A DNA stretch of 64,000 nt from positions 118,730,001 to 118,794,000 of the forward strand of contig NC_043000.1 in the NCBI RefSeq assembly GCF_006345805.1, in the 5' to 3' direction. Below the pieces are notes generated by a model. That model had not been told where the DNA came from, searched no databases, and was given only the letters and a program-made list of their open reading frames with translations. Below, piece by piece: positions 1 through 12,857 of the stretch (positions within the stretch are counted from its first letter, which is position 1; each line of letters starts with the position of its first letter). The translations under genes were made by a program, and so were the position numbers. The stretch comes from Octopus sinensis (Eukaryota).

Positions 1-789
1 AAATGATGATGATTATGATAAAGCTTCTGTTACTTTCTCTGAAATCCATTTTCAGTAATGGAACCATCAAAATACACATACTTGTCTGCTGATAGACCCA
101 CCCATGTCACATACTTCATCCCAATTTCCAAGAGCCTCTCATGATATCCCTGACCCCTAGCAAACTTCTGCTGTTTTATACCCTCAATCTGAAGCTCTTT
201 TCTCCATATCCATAATTTCCTGGCAATGTATACTACAGAGCTGTTGTATCTCACAATATACATTGCTTCTACTGGTGTATATCTCTTACCTTTTAAGTTC
301 CATCTCATACACAGCAACTACACATGTGCTTATGTCAATATTTGCCTGCATGTATAGATATAAGTATGGCCATAAAGTAGGAAGATTGCTTCCAAGCCAT
401 ATGGTTCTGGGTTCAGTCCCACTGTATGGCACCTTGGGTAAGTGTCTTTGGCTATAACCCTACACTGACCAAAATCTTATTAATGGATTTGTTTGCTAAA
501 AACTGTAAGAAGACTATCATACATGTGTTTGTGTGTGTATATTATTGTCTGCTTGCCTTGGTATCATGTAGTGGTTGTAAATGAATGCCACCATCATTCA
601 AGCAGTGTCCATTTCTAAGTTTCCATGGAAACATGTCTGGTCATGGGGAAATATTACCTCAGAAGAAACTGGTTAGGGCTAACGATAAGAAAGGCATCCA
701 ACCATAGAAAATCAGCCTCAACAAATTTTGTTTGATCCATGTGAGCATGGAAACATGGACATTAAAATGATGATAATGATGATGATCTC

Positions 790-3180
790 TGGTATAATGG
801 AGAGAAAAATGACCAGTTCCTTTATTTAAAGACATTCACATCAACATCGTGTACTTTCCTTAATAGTTTTTCACAGAGCATTAAAGAGTTGTGGACCTTT
901 CAACCCAAAGCTATTGAAGTACCTGGTCCTGACTTTTAGATGGGGTGGATGTAACCTTTGGTAAAATTCAATGACATCCAGTTTAGGTATTTGTATAACA
1001 CTTGATGCAGAAATTAGGTACTAGCCCTCCAAGAATTTTCCATATGGAGATTACTATATATTTCTCAGATCTTCACTACAGGAAGTAAGATTGTAGTTTT
1101 TTTCAGCCCCTCCCTGTTTTTCATCTGCTGCATTGTTACAATCTCTTTAACGTAGTGGCATTGTATTACATGAAGCTCTACAGTTAGTTTGGCACATTAG
1201 AGAGCACAGCTGAGAGCAGTAGTCTAGGCAGCTGAGAATAAAGATCTTTCATGAGGTTAGCATTATTTCTTGTCTTTTGCTCTTAGCCCTCCACTAGCAT
1301 GGATGTCAGTCATTGAATTTGAGGCAAGTGAAATTGAAATCAAATTCAATGACTAGCATCTGTGCTAGTGGAGCACTAAGAGTACCATCCGAGTGGGATC
1401 GTTACGAGCATTGCCTTACAGGCACTTGTGCCGGTGGCATGTGAAAAGACATTCGAGCGAGGTCGTTGCCAGTGCCACTGGACTGACTCCTGTGCAGTTG
1501 GCATGTAAAAAACACCATTTGAGCATGGCCATTGCCAGTACCACCTGACTGGCCCTCATACCGGTGGCACGTAAAAGCACCCACTACACTCTTGAAGTGG
1601 TTGGTATTAGGAAGAGCATCTAGCTGTAGAAACTCTGCCAGATCAAAATTGGAGCCTGGTTCAGCAGTCCTCAGACAAATCATCCAACTCATGCTAGCAT
1701 GGAAAGCGGACATTAAACGATGATGATGATGATTGTCCTGAAGGACCTTTGTATCCATCCTGCCAATTGTCTGCTCATTGGTGCCAATCTCAATAATGTG
1801 CATATGAAATAATGCATCATTACACATACTGATCACCAAGTTTCCCACTGTCTGTGACTCTGAGATTGCAGTGCCTTCAGGTTCTGTATATGCAGGCTGT
1901 GATGTATCTGTGAGCTGATACTGAAGTACTTTAAATTTTTTAGCATTAAACTGCATGTTGTTTTCTTCAGTCTACTTTATATTGCATTTGGATCTCACTG
2001 TAAGCTGAAAGCATCATCAAGGTTCTTTATTGCCTGTGATAATTTTGTATCATCAGCATATCTAGTGACAGTGGATGTCTGGGTGACCATGGCCATGTTT
2101 AAGAGAACTATTATAAACAGTCCTGGCTCCAAAGTTAACTGGGGGACAACACTCAGAATTTATGTTTCCTCAGAGACGGTACTATTGTTTGCAACTGTCT
2201 GACTACTGTCTTTTAAGAAATCGTACAACCACTTGTCTAGTTTACTACTATTCCAAAGTCTTGCAGCTTGTGACATATGCCATGGTCCACCTTTTCAAAG
2301 GCCTTTGCAAAGTCAAGATATATCACGTCAACATTTAAACAGCCAAACAGCTACTTCAAAACTCAGTCATAAAAGCTGTTTGAGGCAGCTTCTTCCGGAC
2401 AGAAGCCAAGAGAGTATCATTCAATGTTGCTTTCTTCTAGGAACATTATCGGTTTCTTTCTGACGATTCATTACATGACTGATGTGTGAAGTCAGAGAAA
2501 TGGGCCTGTAGTTCTTAGAGTCAGTTCCCACCTTTATGAACAGGTCATATAATATACCTTATTTTAGCTTTTAGTAAGTTTGCCACTTGCAAGGAAACTC
2601 TGTAAAAGTACCTGAAGTAGTTTTGCTAAAGCTTACTTCCATAACTTCAAGAGAATAGCTGGAAAGCCGTCAGGGTCAGTTGCTGAGCTAAAGCTCATTT
2701 TATCAATGGCCACTGTTACATCTCCCTTCTCAATGTCGATGAAATTGATGGTTGCCACTTATCTGCAGAGCTATAATATTAAAGAATTCAGCCAGTTTTT
2801 ATTCATATGTGCTCCATGGAGGAGGTGAAGAGACTTTTAATTGTTCAATGAGCACTTCACTTATCCTTTGGAAGTCCATGGTCAGTGAGTCATTCCTTTG
2901 GAACAATGGTCCTATTTTGTACAGTATTGTTCCCTTTTATAGAAAACTTTAGGATTGCTTTTATGCTTTCTACAGCTCTACTCACTCTCTCTCTCTCCTC
3001 TTTCATTTGCCTGGAAGAAATTGATTTTGTTTTCAATATCCAGGACTGTCCATCTTAAATTAGATTTTCCACCATACTTCAGTTGCCTTCTCAACCAGTT
3101 TGAGATCTTTGTTCTGCATCTCAAAGATTTTCCTATCTCAGGAGACTTATTAGTAGGAATGTTGGCTTTTATTCAGGGAC
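790..3180 (-). mobile_element. Degenerate CR1/L2-like LINE reverse transcriptase relic, interrupted by a SINE at about 1330-1735
   Basis: Minus-strand fragments read INFIDIEKGDVTVAIDKMSFSSATDPDGFPAILL, MQFNAKKFKVLQY...GNLVISMCNDALFHMHI and NSFGLKGPQLFNAL, typical of the LINE RT and C-terminal region. Many stops and frameshifts. Confidence 0.7.
1330..1735 (+). mobile_element. SINE with internal GC-rich tandem units and an RTE-like (GAT)n tail (family D)
   Basis: Ends GCTAGCATGGAAAGCGGACATTAAACGATGATGATG. Related copies at 11985-12430 (-) and 21190-21630 (+). Confidence 0.75.
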
Positions 3181-3368
3181 ATATTTAGTGCATCCAGTTT
3201 GCACTGCCAACATCAAATGATTTGAGTTTTAAGTCGATGTCTTCGATGGACAGACTGTTAAACCAGTTTTGTGAACCTCTTTGTAGATTGATTTCCAGAT
3301 TGCTTTATGGAAATTCAAATTGGATATGCCTTGAGTCCTTATGATAGGATAGATGCCAGATGTATGTA

Positions 3369-3418
<50 letters not shown>

Positions 3419-3809
3419 TGTTTTCGTGTGTATACATATATTAGGGTGTCCTGTTTTCAGGGTCAAAATTTTTTCTGAAGGCACCATTGTCTCATGCGGT
3501 GCTGGTAGATGAAAAATGAGATATACAAAGTGACAGGGCTCTAAAACGAGTTTTGTGATTACACAAGCCTTCTGAAGTTGAAAAAAATTGTCAAATTGGC
3601 AATTTTTATTGTGTCTGCGTAGTGTCAAGTCAAAAGGAATCCGTTTAATATTTGTTTCGTAAATCTTATGTGGATCTACACTCTGCTAGAAAATTATGGT
3701 GCAAGGCATAATTTATTTTTAATTAATTTATGACAAGCACAATGTAAAATGGTTGGCAAAAATTTGTTAATCATAAATCAACAATAACCTTCCAAAATAC
3801 ATTTTTTTA

Positions 3810-4058
3810 ATTTACATTATTTACATTTGACGGATATTTGTCCTCATCTTGTTTGTTATTAACACAACGTTTCAGCTGATATACTTTCCAGCCTTCTTCA
3901 GGTGTCTTGGGGAAATTTTGAACCTGGGTTCTCATTCCTAAGATATTTTTTAATGTTATTATTATTATTATTGTTGTTATTGTTCAGGTTACTGCTTGGA
4001 ATCGGACTCGGAGTCTTGGGGTTAGTAGCCCATGCTCTTAACCACTACGCCATATGCC
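3810..4058 (-). mobile_element. tRNA-headed SINE-like element carrying a hammerhead ribozyme
   Basis: Minus strand: tRNA-like head GGCGTAGTGGTTAAGAGC...GAGTCCGATTCC, then (AAT)n, a hammerhead motif, and the tail GTCAAATGTAAATAAT. An inverted sister copy lies at 4108-4372. Confidence 0.7.
3861..3906 (-). ncRNA. Minimal type I hammerhead ribozyme
   Basis: gacac-CTGAAGA-a-GGCTG(gaaagtatat)CAGCT-GAA-ACGT-T-gtgtt. Intact core, 5-bp stem II, palindromic stem III, paired stem I. Confidence 0.75.
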
Positions 4059-4107
4059 TGTGGGCATAGTGTGTAGAGGTTAACCATTACACCACTTAAG
4101 TGGTTAA

Positions 4108-4372
4108 GTGGCATAGTGGTTAAGAGCACTAACCACAAGATTCTGAGTTTGATTCCAAGCAGTGACCTGAAAAATAACAATAATAATAATAATAATAACA
4201 ACAACAACATCGAAAAATACCTTAGGAATGACAATCCAGGTTCGAAATTTCCCCAAGACACCTGAAGAAGGCTGTAGGTATATCAGCCAAAATGTTGTGT
4301 TAACAACAAACAAGATGAGGACCAAATATCCATCAAATGTAAATAATAATTCCTCATCACTTAAATATAGAA
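4108..4372 (+). mobile_element. Second copy of the tRNA-headed hammerhead SINE, with a decayed ribozyme core
   Basis: Same layout as 3810-4058. The motif at 4257-4301 has CGAAACG changed to CAAAATG, consistent with CpG decay. Confidence 0.7.
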
Positions 4373-4704
4373 CTGTACATTTTTTATATACTCTTAAAGT
4401 ACATAATACACATTGTACTATAAAAAGAATCATCAGTATGTACCTATACAGCAGATTTTTTTAACAGGAAATATTATGACTAAATGTTCATCGTCCACTT
4501 AGCACTTAAACATGAGGAACCATGCTGAAATATTTGAAATATATTTAACTGCCATTCCAAACCACCAAGGAGGCTGCAGTTCAGGTTCCTTATCCTTTTG
4601 TTCATGTGGAGGGTTCCCTTGTTCTTTCCTATTTATGGTTGTACAACATCTAGTTGATTTTAAGATTTTTAATCAACTGTGTAACTTTTGTGCTTGTTAT
4701 AATT

Positions 4705-4740
<36 letters not shown>

Positions 4741-5367
4741 CCTTTCAGCTATAGGCACATGGACTGAAAATTCGTGGGGAGGGCATCAGTTGATTACAAA
4801 GACCAAGTACTCAACTGGTATTTATTTTATCGAAACCCGAAAAGATGAAAGGCAAAGTCAATCCCAGTGGTATTTGAACTCAGAACGTAAAGATGGACGA
4901 AATGCTGCTAAGCGTTTTGCCCGGCATGCTAAAGATTCTGCTAGCTCGCTGCCTTAATAATAATAATAACTCTTTCTACTATAGGCACAAGGCCATAAAT
5001 TTTGAGGGGAGAGAATTAGTTGATACTATCAACCCAATACTTGATTGGTACTTTATTTTATTGACCTGGAATGACAAATGACAATGTTACCATGTCAGGA
5101 TTTGAACTCAGAATGTAAAGACCCAACGAAATATTATGCTTGATGCTCTGAGGGTTCTTTCAGCTTCGTGCCCTAATAATTATTTCATATGCTCACACAC
5201 AAGCACATCGGCAACATTCATTGATTTCTTGAAAATGGGGTCATAACCCCAAATTATTGAATGCAAGGTAAGTCTACATTAATTCATATATTTCTCTTCA
5301 TGTGATTTGCCTTGCATTTACTTCACATTGTTCTGGCCTTACCCACAATCTTTTATACAGTATATAT

Positions 5368-5410
<43 letters not shown>

Positions 5411-5442
5411 AATATATATTTATATACAGGCTGTATGATGCA

Positions 5443-6643
5443 TACAGGCTGTGTAAGGTATTTGAGGACACATTTTTGAGGTCATTGATGCATTTTTTGC
5501 TATCTCTGTATAATCTTTGCCTCAGAAAATAATAATGGCAAACACTCAGCTTACTCAAGAAATGAAGAGGCATGCTGTTATTGCATAGCGATTTAGAAAT
5601 ATCTTGATTTTTAAAAGTTGCCAAATCTTTCATCTACAAAGTTTTGTAAGGAGCTAGAGACTGAAGATTGAAACGTATCACCAGTATTGAAACATAAAAA
5701 GCATTCTAAACACTCTAAAATCATCAGGACACCTCAATTTATCCAGCAAGCTCAACAGACTATTGATTAAAATCCCAGATAGTTCATGAGGTCAATTGCA
5801 AAAGACCTCCATGTGTAAGAAGGAACAGTCAGAAATGCTGTCCACAAAGACATCAGATGATGTCTTATATGATGAGGAAAGGTCAATTTGTCAGAAAAAG
5901 CAAAAGAAAATCACTACATCAGATCTAAAAGGCTCTTAAACAAACTGAAATATCCAGTAGAAGAAGATTTGATTTGGTTTTTCCCAAACGAGAAAAACTC
6001 CGACCAAGATCAAAACGTTAACAGAAGAAATGACAGATGGTTATGTGCAGGCCCTTCTGAAGTTCCAAGTGTTATGCATACAAAATGTCTTGCAAATGTC
6101 ATGGTTTTAGGGGTTGTCAGCAATGAAGGACATGTGATACCCCCTTCTTTACTTCTGCCTACATTGAGGTCCTGGAAATAATATTTAAGCCCTAGATAGA
6201 CAGTGTATGCAGTGGAAGGTCATATCTGTTTCAGTTTGACTGTGCCCTATTACACATGGCTCTAGTAACATAGAAATGGATGGTTGAAAATTTTCATGAT
6301 CACACAACCCATACATTTGGCCTCCTAATTCCCCAGATCTAGATCCATTGGACTATTATATGTGGAGTGTTGTTGCGAGAGAGGTCAATGAACACACCCA
6401 TAACAACAAAGATTCTTTGGAAGCTGCCATAGTCAGAATAATGTCCAGAATGAACCAGGACCACTTGATTCGAGCATGTAGATCTCGTATAAAAGCAGTT
6501 TTTGATGCTGAAGATGGCTTTATTGAATAACATTATAGAAAAGGTTTATTTTAGTTTCATAGCATTTTTTTATAAAGTTATCTGTTATTATATATGGCTC
6601 TTTTTTATAAACGTAAATCTGTCCTCAAATATCTTACGCACCT
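5443..6643 (+). mobile_element. Degenerate DD37D (maT-like) Tc1/mariner DNA transposon with terminal inverted repeats
   Basis: TIR-like ends GTGTAAGGTATTTGAGGACACATTT (about 5451-5475) and AAATCTGTCCTCAAATATCTTACGCAC (about 6615-6641). Fragments read WFFPNEKNSDQDQNVNRRNDRW, VMVLGVVSNEGHV and DYYMWSVVAREVNEHTHN...AEDGFIE. Confidence 0.8.
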
Positions 6644-6652
6644 TCTCCGTGT

Positions 6653-6695
<43 letters not shown>

Positions 6696-6955
6696 ATATA
6701 TATCCATGGCTATACACGCTGACGCGCGCGCACACACACGACAAAGCCTCTGTGAACTAAAAACTCTTGAACAAGTATTAACCAAAGTTAATTTCGGTTA
6801 GTAAAATATAAATCCTAATACCCACGTATCAGTGCAAGATCTGTAAATATAAGTCGACATGGCGAAGTTCGTCGCACAGTTTTATTTACTTTTTTTCCCC
6901 CATTTTCCAAGTGTTTTAGAAAATTATAACCGTCACAGCCCTTGTCGTTAAGTTA

Positions 6956-8159
6956 CAGGTGTAATAAATCACCTGTTGATGGATATTTTTAATAACGAAT
7001 TGTCGATAATAAATAACGAATTATTTGATAGTCTATTGTCTTACCTGTATCATTATAAATATAATCGCCATTTCTTGTGTTACGATTTTAATTACAGGTG
7101 AAATAAAACAATTCATAAACACGCATTTAATCTAATGTCGCTATAATACATAACTAAAGTGGATCAATGCGTGGTGGCAATATTTTATAAGTTACAAAAG
7201 GAAAATATATTTAAAAATATCAAATTAACAAACGAACTTATTTAAAATCTATTAATCTTGAGAAAGTTCTTTGCTTTACTATCGGAAAATAACTCAATGA
7301 CCGTTGTTTATAACTAAACTAATTTCAAAGTTTCATATATCGCCATATTTTGGTGATGATTAATTAAAGGTGTAAACAGGTAACTAACGTGACACCAATT
7401 CCTAGGAAATTTACTAACTTGATGGTTAGTTAATTATACTTTACGATTTCCTTTTTATATCTATATAGAAAAGAATATCACATGAAAACGAAATTTTGAA
7501 ACAGTGCAACATAGAATAAAACGTTCGACACAACTAGACCATAATATCTTTGTCGACCTAATTTTCGTTAATACGTGAGCAACTGCAGAAAGAATTTAAG
7601 AAGAGAGGAAGAAAAAAAAGTTATGGACTTACGAGGTGACAGCCACTCCCAGATGGGTCTATATTCGTAGGAGAAAATATACCAGCAACCTTTGTAGCGT
7701 TTACCTTGGTAGTCTTGATAAAATGTATAATCATTGAAACAAGTTTCCCAAAGGCCGAGTTTCACGAATTTATTGTTGGCCTGTTCGAAAGATTCCAGCC
7801 AGTTTGGACTGGAGAAAGCTATAACCATTAAAAAAAAGGCTAAACCGGTCATGGAAAAGCCATATATAAACATTCGAGAACTCGACATGTTCAAACAATA
7901 TCGAAGGTCTCTCTTATCGACAGGTAAATGTTCCTACGTTGATCTATACTACATATATTTAATATATCTGAGGTGAAAATTAACCTCAAGTTATTGTCGA
8001 TATAATATAATTGCTTTGATGGCCGCCTTATATACGATTGGCTGCTTGCTCTGACGAGACACAGGAAACTGACAACGATCAGGCAGTCAGGCTGGCTACC
8101 TACCTACATTTGAAGTCACTATATTGTTTAGGCTTGTTATCTACAGGTAAGGACAGGTG
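6956..8159. promoter_or_regulatory. Cluster of eight CAGGTR/YACCTG E-box-like sites around exon A, with a CCAAT box near 8037
   Basis: Sites at 6956, 6970, 7042, 7095, 7377, 7921, 8144 and 8154. Fewer than one is expected by base composition (rough estimate). Confidence 0.5.
7633..7888 (-). CDS. Claudin/PMP22-EMP superfamily first coding exon A (TM1 + extracellular loop 1)
   Basis: ATG at 7888. MSSSRMFIYGFSMTGLAFFLMVIAFSSPNW...KLGLWETC-17aa-CWYIFSYEYRPIWEWLSP. The exon is 256 nt and ends C|GTAAGT (phase 1). It carries the W-GLW-C-C claudin signature. Confidence 0.88.
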
Positions 8160-9026
8160 AGTAACTAAATCAGCCAAGTAGTTCAACAAGTGACAGCAGT
8201 AAATTTATAGCAGTTGGCCACATATCACCCGGGAAACTTGCAGAAGAATAGGAAAATCTAAATAGATATACATACCAGTATTATTCAGGAAATATACATA
8301 TAAAATAATATTAGGATATGTGTTCTAGAATAGCAAAGCAGTTTATTTAAAATACAAATCGTCGTAGCAGCAGACTAAACAATGAAAAGGTAAAGGTTTC
8401 TTTTAAGTTAGATAGACATATACAAAAAGACTTAATGGTCGTTAAGGGGGTATTTAATAAAAGGGAAAAGGGTCTAAATGTTGAAACGAAATTGTAAGTA
8501 TACAACACTAAATATATAGGTTGGTCATAGCTGGAAAGACGGAATTTTAAAGTTTACTATTAAACTTTTAAAAAATAGCAAATATGACGTTTTATTTTCT
8601 TTTTCCACAATTCAAATGGTGGGATTGAGAGCAAGCCAAGCCAGTTTCAATTCCAAGTCAGAGGACATTATCAACTTCCGTTCTGTAGCTTATGCTTAAG
8701 CTCGCTGTTAGCGTGCTAAAGAAGAGCAGTGGAGATGTTGGGGAGGATAACTATAGTAGCAAATTTGGAACTTGCCATTCTAAGTTCAATTCCAAACACA
8801 GCTTAACCTTCTTCCCACTGTTGATGTCACTCTAATATCTAAAGCCAGCCTTAATCATACAGACCTATAATCAAATGAATATCAGCCATCATTATCCAGT
8901 CTTTTTGGGTTGTTTTTGTTTTTTTTATTCAGACCTAGTGAATCTAGGATTACATTATTCAGTCTTTCTTTAAAAATAGGATACGATTGCTGGGAGAGAG
9001 ATGACTTCGATAATATATTTCTATAC

Positions 9027-9425
9027 AGGTGCAGGAGTTGCTGTGTGGTAAGTACCTTGCTTATGAACCACATGGTTCTGGGTTCAGTCGCACTGCATGG
9101 CAGCACCTTGGGCAAGTGTCTTCTACTATAGCCTCGGGCCGAGCAAAGCCTTGTGAGTGGTTTTGGTAGATGGAAACTGAAAGAAGCCTGTTTATATATA
9201 TATATATATATAGGTATGTATGTGTATCTGTTTGTCCCCCCAACATCGCTTGACAACCGATGCTGGTGTGTTTACGCCCCCCGTAACTTAGCTGTTCGGC
9301 AAAAGAGACTGATAGAATAAGTACTAGGCTTCCAAAGAATAAGTCCTGGGGTCAATTAGCTCGACTAAAGGCAGTGCTCCAGCATGGCCACAGTCAAATG
9401 ACTGAGGCAAGTAAAAGTGTAAAGA
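9027..9425 (+). mobile_element. tRNA-derived SINE family A (GGAGTGGCTGTGTGGTAAG head, internal TA/TG tract)
   Basis: Head...CCTTGGGCAAGTGTCTTCTACTATAGCC...GACTGAAACAAGTAAAAG. About 20 full or partial copies, e.g. 9715-10088(-), 15940-16290(-), 19518-19850(+), 21795-22197(-), 23868-24245(+), 30352-30740(+), 46665-46890(-), 61247-61690(+), 62668-62965(+). Confidence 0.85.
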
Positions 9426-11099
9426 GTGGCCGACTGGCCAGGTTGCCAGCTTGCCTGATGGCAAATGGACCCTTCGCCATTAGAACCCATATATGGGGGC
9501 TCGTGTTAGCATGTAAGGGGCCCATCTTCTCAAGTTTGAGAATTTTTTATTCACTCCTGGAAAAATGCATTATTTCAGCCTGACTGTGTTTGTAGACAGC
9601 TGAAAAGAATACTTCTAACACAAAAAAAAAAAGATAGCATTGTAGTTGTGAATGGGCCCCCTTAGTCTCCTGGCAATCTGTATTTTTAGACCCTGTCCAC
9701 CACTGCTTCTATACTCTTTTTACTTTTTTTACTCTTTTACTTGTTTCAGTCATTTGACTGTGGCCATGCTGGAACACTGCCTTTAGTTGAGCAAATCTAC
9801 CCCAGAACTTATTCTTTGTAAGCCTAGTACTTATTCTATCTGTCTCTTTCGCCGAACTGCTAGGTTACGGTGATATAAACACACCAGTATTGGTTGTCAA
9901 GCGATGTTAGGGGGACAGACACAGACACACATACATATATACGACGGGCTTCTTACAGTTTCCATCTATCAAATTCACTCAAGGCTTTGGTCGGCCTGAG
10001 GCTATAGTAGACTGAATCAGTGGGACTGAATCCGGAACCATGTGGTTGGTAAGCAAGCTACTTGCCACACAGCCACTCCTGCACCTATGATATACTTATG
10101 TGTAAAAACATATTCAATTGACCATACACCTATTTTTAAAATTAGTATTGTACCTAATCAAATTAAATTAAAATTGTGGATAAGGTGGCAAGCTAGTAGA
10201 ATCATTTGCACACAGGGCTAATGTTTAGCAGCACTTTGTCTGTCTTTGCATTCTAAGTTCAAATTCCACCAAAGTCGACTTTGCCTTTTGTTCTTTCAGG
10301 GTTGATTAAAAAAAGTACCAGTTGTACACTGGGGCCGAAGTAATTGGCTTCACCCTCTCTAAAAAATGAATTGCTGGCCTTGTGCCAAAATTTGAAACCA
10401 ATAAATTAGAACTGGATATAGCTAGTTAGTAGTGCACTACACCACCACCACTACTACTACTACTACTATTACATGTTGTTTGAAGAGGAGTTGCCAGTGA
10501 TATACATTATGTGGTGCCACATAAAAAAGTACTCAATATACACGGTAAAGCTGTGGGCATTAGGAGGGACATCCAGCCTAAAAAGCCATGTCACTACCAG
10601 ATATCTTGAATGTTTTAAGCACAGTTAGTTGTAAGCATTTTGGTTATGTGTCTTTAAGGATATCTTCCTCTCTCTCTCTCTCTCACTAGTTTTAAAGACC
10701 TTGTAAAGGATCTTGGACATTATTGTTTCTCCTAAAAGATCAAAAGAAAAAAAGTAAATAGGAAAGAGATAGTGCCTATGACTCTTTACAAGGCCTCTGG
10801 GATTGAAAGGAGGAATGTCAGAAATGTATCCTCAAAGCAGAGAACTGGTCTGGTGTTACACTGGGCAACTGATTAAATCTACCCCCCCCCCAATGATGGG
10901 GATGGCCAGCATGAGCTGTTACATTCCAGATCAAGCTAGTTCTGGTCAGATCAGTCAAGTAGCTTCATCCACAGCAGATGTCATCACTGCTACAGATCAA
11001 AAGCAGGACTTGCAGCCCATATGTGTACCTGCCAGGGATGATTTCTGAACAAGAACTGTCAACTTTTCTACCAATGCATGGGCAGCCTAAGAAGAAAGG

Positions 11100-11535
11100 C
11101 AGATCAGGTACCAGCGCTCTATAAACATTCATTATTTCTTTAATGCCTACAAGGGGCTAAACATAGAGGGGACAAACAAGGACAGACAAATGGATTAAGT
11201 CAATTACATCGACCCCAGGTACTTAATTTGTCGACCCTGAAAGGATGAAAGGCAAAGTCGACCTCGGTGGAATTTGAACTCAGAACGTAATGGCAGACGA
11301 AATACCTATTTCTTTATTACCCACAAAGGGCTAAACATAGAGTGGGCAAACAAGGACAGACATAGGTATTAAGTCGATTACATCAAACCCAGTGCATAAC
11401 TGGTACCTAATTTATCAATTCCAAAAGGATGAAAGGCAAAGTCGACCTCAGCGGAATTTGAACTCAGAACGTAATGGCAGACGAAATACCGCCAAGCATT
11501 TTGCCTGGCGTGTTAACGTTTCTGCCAGCTCACCA
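11100..11535 (-). mobile_element. tRNA-derived SINE family B, dimeric copy
   Basis: Head GAGCTGGCAGAAACGTTAACACGCC...GTTCTGAGTTCAAATTCCGC with the body unit repeated twice. Other copies at 25075-25230, 28098-28278, 36925-37440, 38450-38970, 51217-51780, 62050-62440 and 62965-63190. Confidence 0.8.
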
Positions 11536-11984
11536 CTGTAAACATTCCTTTCAACATCTTCATCCTTTGCTCTATAAACATTCCTTTCAACATCTTTTCT
11601 CTGCCACTGAAAATGTTTTTATGAACTCAAATGCTTGACAGACATTACAAGTACACCTCATCATCATTTAATGCCCAGTTTTCAAGCTTGCATGGGTCAG
11701 ACAAAATTTGTTGAGGCAGATTTTCTAGTCAGGTCAACTTCCTTTATCAAATTATTTTGTTATTGCTACTTTGGTGAATTTCTTTGCAATGATGGTCTTT
11801 GTATAACTTAGACTGCTGAAAACACATATCAGTCTTCTGAATTCCTCAAACAGAATGGCTTGGAAGCGGCCCTGTTGTCTTCCATCCAGTTTTCCTGGCC
11901 ATAAAATTACAGCTGTATATGATAAATGAATACTCTCAATGCCTCTCACATCTCCCCTGATTTGTTAATTGGTCATTTATCATA

Positions 11985-12430
11985 TAATCATCATCATCAT
12001 CATCATCGTTTAACGTCCGCTTTCCATGCTAGCATGGGTTGGACGGTTCAACTGGGGTCTGGTGAGCCCGAAGCTGCACCAGGCCAGTCAGATCTGGCAG
12101 TGTTTCTACAGCTGGATGCCCTTCCTAACGCCAACCACTCCGAGAGTGTAGTGGGTGATTTTATGTGCCACCGACACGGGTGCCAGACGAGGCTGGCAGA
12201 TGGCCACGCTCGGATGGTGTTTTTTATGTGCCACTGACACAGGTGCCAGACGAGGCTGGCAGACGGCCACGCTCGGATGGTGTTTTTTATGTGCCACCGA
12301 CACAGGTGCCAGACGAGGCTGGCAGACGGCCACGATCGGATGGTGTTTGTTACGTGCCCAGTCGATGCGGTACTGGCTACGGCCACGTTCGGATGGTTTT
12401 CTTATGTGCCACCGGCACTGGTACTACAAA
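11985..12430 (-). mobile_element. SINE family D copy with about 4 internal 59-bp tandem units
   Basis: The unit TTTTTATGTGCCACCGACACAGGTGCCAGACGAGGCTGGCAGACGGCCACGCTCGGATGGTG repeats over about 12158-12420. (CAT)n lies at the tail end. Confidence 0.8.
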
Positions 12431-12464
12431 GATACAAATTCCATTGATGTTCATCTATTTTGAT

Positions 12465-12857
12465 TTGGTTTGATTTGATTTGATTTTCACTTGCCTCAAC
12501 AGGTCTTCACAAGTGTCACAAGAAGGAAGGTATGCACAGGTGGACTGACTTCGTCCCAGGTAGGGGCCACGGGTTATGGCTTCACTAGTCTTGCTGGGTC
12601 TTCTCACGCACAGCATACTTCCATAGGTCTCGGTCTCTAGTCATTTCCATGGTGAGACCTAACGTTCGAAGGTCGTGCTTCACCACCTCATCCCAGGTTT
12701 TCCTGGATCTACCTCTTCCACGGGTTCCCTCAACTGCTAGGGATTGGCACTTTCTCACACACCTATCTTCATCCATTCTCGCCACATGACCATACCAGCG
12801 CAATCGTCTCTCTTGCACACCACAACTGATGCTTCTTAGGTACAGCATTTCTCTCAA
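12465..12857 (-). mobile_element. 3' fragment of an RTE-clade LINE
   Basis: ERRLRWYGHVARMDEDRCVRKCQSLAVEGTRGRGRSRKTWDEVVKHDL, the typical RTE C-terminal motif, followed by a (TCAAA)n tail. Confidence 0.8.

Noticed and set aside
30-317. 95-codon minus-strand ORF at the window edge
   Set aside because: It has no recognisable domain, no TM segments and no convincing splice sites, so it cannot be supported as the claudin constant exon.
4490-4530. TTTCAG|CA TGG TTC, resembling the expected start of exon 2 (xW)
   Set aside because: An in-frame TAA follows after 7 codons.
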